Sequence record: NC_071039.1
DNA: 64,000 nt
Direction: 5' to 3' (one strand)
The translations under genes were made by a program, and so were the position numbers. Below the pieces are notes generated by a model. That model did not search any database, was not told where the DNA came from, and saw nothing but the letters and a program-made list of their open reading frames with translations. Numbering within the stretch: the first letter of the stretch is position 1; each line of letters begins with the position of its first letter. Shown here piece after piece: positions 59,087-64,000 of the stretch.

Positions 59087-59979
59087 TAGTTTCGGGGACC
59101 TTTAAGTTTTGCTAGTACATGTTGTTCTGACCCAGCCAAATGAGGGAAGATCTTTATAAGTTTGTTCCAGTACGAATACGGCAAAAAATCGAGATTTATA
59201 TAATCTAAATATTTTATAGAATTACTATGCAACCTATTCCTCGAAAGTATAGTCAATATATGTCGTCCTGCTATATAAGACCAATCTATATTTTTAAGAA
59301 ATGTAATACAACTGTCAGTAGACATTGTCTGACCATTTGCTTTATGCATATAGAATAGCGAAGACATCCTTTCAAAAAGAAACCAGTGATATTGTTTATT
59401 TTTAGAAATAGTATCAAACCCTACAAATTTTACATATTCTTCAAAAACAGAATATCTTTTACTACAAAAAAAATTAAATACTGTTTTATCCAACAAAACG
59501 TTATGTCGTTTTAATTCTTTTAAAATAAGTCTTACTATGTTTAAATCAGGTAAAGATTGTATGGTACACAATTGCGTTATTATATCTTTAGATAATGCTT
59601 TTCTCGGTTTTAAATTCTTTAAAACAACATAAAATAATTTATGACATGTTATAGGAACTTTCATAGGAAACATTGAATTTGAAAATTTTCCAATACATTG
59701 CCTGACAAGATATAAATCTTCTTTACTTATAGATCTGTTATATTCACTAATAGAAGATGAATAATTACTTGATATAAAGTTTACTAATTTGGGACTTTTA
59801 ATTTCCATAAGAACATTCAATACAGTAGCATTGAACGGTATATATTCAACATCAATAGAATTACAGACTGCAATTAGTGCATCTTTAGCTGAATTATTAG
59901 CAATTGTTATTTCTTTATTTTTTCTAAATTTAATGAAATATTCTAATTCACTTAAAGCTTTAATGTAACTAATATCCAT
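59086..59979 (-). CDS. hypothetical helical protein (paralogue family)
   Basis: 297 aa; C-terminal YWNKLIKIFPHL...KLKGPR. Confidence 0.65.
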   Translation of the reverse strand: MDISYIKALSELEYFIKFRKNKEITIANNSAKDALIAVCNSIDVEYIPFNATVLNVLMEIKSPKLVNFISSNYSSSISEYNRSISKEDLYLVRQCIGKFSNSMFPMKVPITCHKLFYVVLKNLKPRKALSKDIITQLCTIQSLPDLNIVRLILKELKRHNVLLDKTVFNFFCSKRYSVFEEYVKFVGFDTISKNKQYHWFLFERMSSLFYMHKANGQTMSTDSCITFLKNIDWSYIAGRHILTILSRNRLHSNSIKYLDYINLDFLPYSYWNKLIKIFPHLAGSEQHVLAKLKGPRN

Positions 59980-60005
59980 ACATATACCGTAAAAATTTTT
60001 ACCAT

Positions 60006-60034
60006 ACTATAAAATATGTATATTCAATAGTCAA
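60006..60034 (-). promoter_or_regulatory. sigma70-type promoter for the minus-strand operon
   Basis: Minus-strand TTGACT-N17-TATAGT. Confidence 0.7.
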
Positions 60035-60068
60035 CTGTGTTTGGTAACAAAATGTGGTAATTAGGCAC

Positions 60069-60097
60069 TTGACATTGGTATTGTCTTTTAGTAAACT
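60069..60097 (+). promoter_or_regulatory. sigma70-type promoter driving the ORF-free structured region
   Basis: TTGACA (60069-60074), 17 nt spacer, TAAACT (60092-60097). Confidence 0.75.
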
Positions 60098-60103
60098 GTG
60101 CGC

Positions 60104-60852
60104 TTGCGTAAGAAATGTATATACGATAGTGCTATATGTATATACAGACAAGTGGCTCTGTTCCATTATTGGATATTGGTAGTAGAAACTATCCCCATCG
60201 TGCTGTTATTGTAGTTCCGATAGTGTCGGGTTAACGTTTTAACAGTTATTTAAATTATGATTTTGGGTGCCACAGAGATTGTACTTACTAAAAGGACTTA
60301 GTAAGAACCGCATATAATCTCGAAACTTGTGTAGGATGTTGGTCTAACCACGGCATAGAATATATGCCTCAACTACTACACGGAAAGGATGATGCTCTGG
60401 TCGAAACAGAGTTTCTATAAATCTTTCAGTATAGATTCCGTATGGCTGAAAGTTGAAACACCAACATCAATAGACTATAGTTTTTGTTAGTGTGGCTATA
60501 GTTTATTCCGGCATTGAAAGTATATACAGTGATGCGAGACAGTAAGCATTAGTAGCAACTGTATATATGAGTAAGAGGATGCGTTTACAATGAGGAATTA
60601 CCTATCGGTGCCCGCCTCAGGGATTGCACTTCCCAACGTACACTAAACTTCGTACCATACCGAAACATAAGTTTCTGTTATTACGATTTCCTTCCCAAAC
60701 GGGGAGGAAATCTTCTCCGCCCGAATATCATAAGATCAAAAGCATTAATAATTAATATATAAAATTCGTTTAATTAGTTATTAAGTATATGAGTTGTAGT
60801 TTACGAAAACGAATATACTTAATAACTACCAGTGAAGCTTGCTTCGCTGTTT
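60104..60852 (+). ncRNA. candidate large structured non-coding RNA (about 750 nt), family unknown
   Basis: No ORF of 60 aa or more in any frame; visibly GC-richer than the AT-rich stretch that follows; many local and long-range helices; promoter in front and hairpin plus TTT at the end. Boundaries approximate. Confidence 0.6.
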
Positions 60853-60944
60853 AAAATTGCAATTTGTATTTTCAATTTTATATTTCGAAATGTGTTTTTG
60901 AAAATCAATCTATAAAATATAATTTTAAATATTATTTTTAAATG

Positions 60945-61031
60945 TCATTTTGTGATTTTAATTTAAAATACTATTTCATAATTTAAAATGGAAATATATT
61001 AAACAATATCATTTTGTGATTTTAATTTAAA
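60945..61031. repeat. 23 bp direct repeat pair in an extremely AT-rich region
   Basis: TCATTTTGTGATTTTAATTTAAA at 60945-60967 and 61009-61031. Confidence 0.85.
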
Positions 61032-61082
61032 CAATTCCATATAAAACTATTTTGTCTATTTCTTTTATAATCTTAAAGTCAT

Positions 61083-61110
61083 TAAAAACCCTACGTTTGT
61101 AGGGTTTTTA
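61083..61110. terminator. bidirectional terminator
   Basis: TAAAAACCCTAC-GTTT-GTAGGGTTTTTA. Confidence 0.8.
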
Positions 61111-61788
61111 TTTGATTATATTGTATTCGGTTCAAGACATTTAGATTATTATAATTAATAATATCTGTATGATAATTTTATTTTATAGAAATACATTTAC
61201 TAATTACATTTATCAATGAATGGTTATTTTCTTTATATTTAATGCGTCTCAGGGTATATAGCAAATATGATAAATCAAGACACATAATATATTGTGTCTA
61301 TATTTTTAATTTCATTAATCTACATAATTGTTTATTAATGTATACAGTTATATACGTTATGTTGTAATAACAAACTAAATTATATAGAGAATACACATTA
61401 AATTCTGTTTTGTGTCGAATCGACATTACATATATCATTATGTATTGATATTTGCTGTATATAAAAATAGTTAATTATTATGTGCTTTAGAAGAACTCCA
61501 TTATAATTAGTTTTCTGTGTCATATTCAAATGATGAAAAACATAATTCTTTCATCTATTTTTATTAAATGTTATTCAAGATTTATAATATAATTTTATAA
61601 TGTTTGCAATTTATGACACAAGCTATTTTAATAGAATTATACTATTCAAAGTTTTGACTTATTTTGTGTGTAAACGACAAAAATAGGCATATATAAAAAG
61701 CACACCTGTTTCCTGTATGAAACAAAATAGTATTTTATTAAAAATAGTGTATAGTAGTAAAAAACATCATTAATCATGCACGCAATTT

Positions 61789-62010
61789 ATGGCAAACGTA
61801 ATTAAAGAACTTCATCCTATTAAAGGATATTGCATAGTTGTGCGTCATCCAGGCGATACTAGATTTAGCTGGGTATCGCTAGATAATCAATATATTTTGG
61901 TAGACAATCCAGTATTTTTAAATGATGAATTTGACAATTGTAAAAACGAATGGCCAGATGCTGAAATAAAAATAGTAGAAGTGTATGTTGTCCCGGAGAA
62001 GGTGTTATGA
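61789..62010 (+). CDS. small hypothetical protein
   Basis: 73 aa; paralogous to the next ORF. Confidence 0.6.
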   Translation: MANVIKELHPIKGYCIVVRHPGDTRFSWVSLDNQYILVDNPVFLNDEFDNCKNEWPDAEIKIVEVYVVPEKVL

Positions 62011-62225
62011 ATGCTATATCCAAAATATCTCCGTCTAAATGTTACACTGTCGTAGTTACAGATAATAATTGGAAATCATGCACGTGGATAAATTATAATG
62101 ATTCTCCGGTTGTAGAATATGATATTTCTAAAATATCATCTATATTGGAATCTTGTAAGAAAAAGTTTGGCGATAGTAATGTAAAAGTAATGGAAATATA
62201 TTTAGTACCGGAAAACTTTTTATGA
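62007..62225 (+). CDS. small hypothetical protein
   Basis: 72 aa; shares P.K.Y..VV...W...CK...D..(I/V)K(I/V).E(V/I)Y.VPE with the previous ORF. Confidence 0.6.
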   Translation: MNAISKISPSKCYTVVVTDNNWKSCTWINYNDSPVVEYDISKISSILESCKKKFGDSNVKVMEIYLVPENFL

Positions 62226-62431
62226 AAATTCGTTATATATTACTATTAATATTATCAGACTTACAAACACTAGTAAAGGTACAGGCATTTTTATTTGCAT
62301 TGCTTCCCTGTGTTATTTTGTTTCTTCCTGCATCGTTCTTTATTACATTAGTTATAACAATTGCCATAGTATGGATAATAAGTTTACTATCTTATTTGCT
62401 TATTAATAAACTGATACAAACGAGGAGCTAA
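62222..62431 (+). CDS. small membrane protein
   Basis: 69 aa, hydrophobic. Confidence 0.5.
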   Translation: MKIRYILLLILSDLQTLVKVQAFLFALLPCVILFLPASFFITLVITIAIVWIISLLSYLLINKLIQTRS

Positions 62432-62433
62432 AA

Positions 62434-62631
62434 ATGGCAGGTCTAAGAAAATGCATTGATGAATTCTGCAAAGGATGCATTTATGATCCTGAGTCTACCG
62501 GTAGTTGGCGCCAACAAGTAGAAAATTGTAGTGCTAAATCATGCGAACTATGGGAAGTTCGACCTGTTTCGGTAGGAACTAAACAAGAAAGAATTATTGC
62601 AAAACAAAAAAGTTCACAAGAACTTGCGTAA
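62434..62631 (+). CDS. small Cys-rich (putative Zn-binding) protein
   Basis: FCKGC...C..KSC.LW..RP; AGGAG SD. Confidence 0.65.
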   Translation: MAGLRKCIDEFCKGCIYDPESTGSWRQQVENCSAKSCELWEVRPVSVGTKQERIIAKQKSSQELA

Positions 62632-62667
62632 GACAGCTAACCAACCTAACTCTAGGTTAACCCTAGG

Positions 62668-62696
62668 TTGACTCATTTGTTGGATAGCACTATACT
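62668..62696 (+). promoter_or_regulatory. sigma70-type promoter
   Basis: TTGACT-N17-TATACT. Confidence 0.8.
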
Positions 62697-62734
62697 TGTA
62701 GCATGTTTAAAAAACATAGCTAGGAGTAGCATTT

Positions 62735-63889
62735 ATGAGTCAGATGTACGTAACTATCACTAACGGAATGTACCGTAACCAGCAAGTAAACGGCACATTC
62801 CTTTTACTTGAAGATGTGAAAGTTACTGGGTCGGGAAAACGAGTTATTAACGTATTAGGCGCATTGCCGGAATGGTCTCAACATAAATGTAGAGTTACAC
62901 TCGGTAATGACGCAACAGTACAGTATTCGAACGAACAAGGAGAGGTTTTAGATTTGCCTAATGTTATACGTCCGTTTGTGGGCGAAAATAATAATAATGT
63001 TCCTGCATCTAGTCGCGGTACAGTGTATGAAGGCACCGCAGTAGAAATTGACTACGAAAAGCAATACCAACAACTAGAATCCGAAAACGATGCAATGAAT
63101 CGTATCAAACGGACCTTTGAGATTGTAAATGAACTAACAGAAGCTGCCGCAGCAGGCGAAATCCGTTCTATGATCATCTCCGGTCCTCCCGGAATCGGAA
63201 AAAGTTTCGGTGTAGAAGAAACACTAAACAGGTGTTTCTTGTTGGATAAAATTAAAGATAATAAAGAACCGTTTGAGATCGTAAAGGGCGCTGCAAGTGC
63301 AATTGGTGTTTACCAAAAGCTTTACGAATTTAAAGATAAAGGTAAAATCCTTATTTTCGATGATTGCGACCGCGTACTATTTGACGAAGATAGTCTAAAT
63401 CTCCTTAAAGGTGCATTAGATACTACTAAGCGTAGAACTATTTACTGGCTTAGTGAGTCCCGTGTTTTAAAAGAAAATGATATTCCACCTAAATTCGATT
63501 TCGAAGGTAGTGTAATTTTCCTTACTAACCTTAACTTCGAGGATACAAAGTCCCGAATCGGAAGGCACCTAGAAGCAATTATGTCCCGGTGTCATTATTT
63601 AGACATGGAAATTAGTAGTACGAGAGACCAGATCCTTCGTATTAAACAAGTTGTGCGCGACGGGATGCTTAGTAAATATGAATTTAATAACGGAGAAGAT
63701 GAAGAAATCCTAGAATACATCATCGATAATCAGAATGATCTGCGAGAACTTAGCTTGCGTATGGTAATTAAAATTGCCGATCTGATTAAATTCAAAAAAG
63801 ATGGTTGGCGAGAATATGCAGAGACAACTGTACTGAAACGGAATGCAAAATTCCGGCGGCTGTATAACGAAAAGTACAGTGATATTTAA
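62735..63889 (+). CDS. AAA+ ATPase of unknown function
   Basis: Walker A SGPPGIGKS, Walker B LIFDDCD, FLTN, IMSRC, LRELSLR. Confidence 0.85.
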   Translation: MSQMYVTITNGMYRNQQVNGTFLLLEDVKVTGSGKRVINVLGALPEWSQHKCRVTLGNDATVQYSNEQGEVLDLPNVIRPFVGENNNNVPASSRGTVYEGTAVEIDYEKQYQQLESENDAMNRIKRTFEIVNELTEAAAAGEIRSMIISGPPGIGKSFGVEETLNRCFLLDKIKDNKEPFEIVKGAASAIGVYQKLYEFKDKGKILIFDDCDRVLFDEDSLNLLKGALDTTKRRTIYWLSESRVLKENDIPPKFDFEGSVIFLTNLNFEDTKSRIGRHLEAIMSRCHYLDMEISSTRDQILRIKQVVRDGMLSKYEFNNGEDEEILEYIIDNQNDLRELSLRMVIKIADLIKFKKDGWREYAETTVLKRNAKFRRLYNEKYSDI

Positions 63890-63897
63890 TACACAAT

Positions 63898-63919
63898 AAA
63901 GTAGCAAGGATGCTACTTT
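63898..63919 (+). terminator. probable terminator
   Basis: AAAGTAGCA-AGGA-TGCTACTTT after the stop at 63889. Confidence 0.6.
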
Positions 63920-64000
63920 CCGGAGATACGGTATGAATCATTGTGTTAGGTTTGCTTTTTTAGATAGAAATATAAAAAGTTCTATAACAACGTTTATAGT

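Noticed and set aside
60382-60415. Hammerhead ribozyme (GATGATG...CGAAAC)
   Set aside because: The required CTGANGA core is absent.
60098-60470. Group II intron (GTGCG at 60098; CCGTATG...GAAA near 60438)
   Set aside because: No complete domain V hairpin, no flanking exons, and GTGCG abuts the -10 box.
60466-60515. Group I intron R-like element TCAATAGACTATAG
   Set aside because: No convincing P, Q or S elements or P3/P8 arrangement, and no interrupted host gene. Left for a covariance-model search.
1-64000. tRNA, tmRNA, rRNA or RNase P genes
   Set aside because: No cloverleaf with T-loop/CCA and no RNase P or tmRNA signature recognised by eye; short RNAs could have been missed.
1-64000. 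Stop-codon reassignment
   Set aside because: Standard-code ORFs tile the window densely and conserved enzymes are full length; TAG and TGA occur as ordinary gene ends.

Overview
AT-rich 64 kb segment of a large (jumbo-type) dsDNA bacteriophage with a T4-style replisome; the clade assignment is an inference from gene content. In order: a short DnaE-like fragment, GroES, clamp loader, HAD nucleotidase and phoH (0.5-6.9 kb); a DnaJ-ClpA chaperone pair (6.9-9.8 kb); a virion block with two long repeat-rich fibre proteins, further structural proteins, a holin-like gene, and Kelch and LamG proteins (10-30 kb); a family B DNA polymerase fractured into two genes, each carrying half of an intein, with a free-standing endonuclease between them (30.6-35.8 kb); a sliding clamp; a 7-deazaguanine DNA-modification cluster (TGT/DpdA-like, glycosyltransferase, QueD-like, SDR-like, PRTase, QueE; 37-42.3 kb); T4-type RNase H; a GC-rich MoxR AAA+/VWA-peptidase pair separated by membrane-protein genes and a second endonuclease (48-53.3 kb); a minus-strand accessory block with an HNH gene (53.9-60 kb); a ~750 nt ORF-free, helix-dense unit between a sigma70 promoter and a terminal hairpin that looks like an unannotated large structured RNA (60.1-60.85 kb); an AT-rich stretch with direct repeats; and a final AAA ATPase. 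The strongest leads are the trans-splicing polB locus, the candidate large ncRNA, the transglycosylase-glycosyltransferase coupling, and the Mom/GNAT-like domain fused to both endonucleases. No database searches were run; all family calls are from motif recognition.
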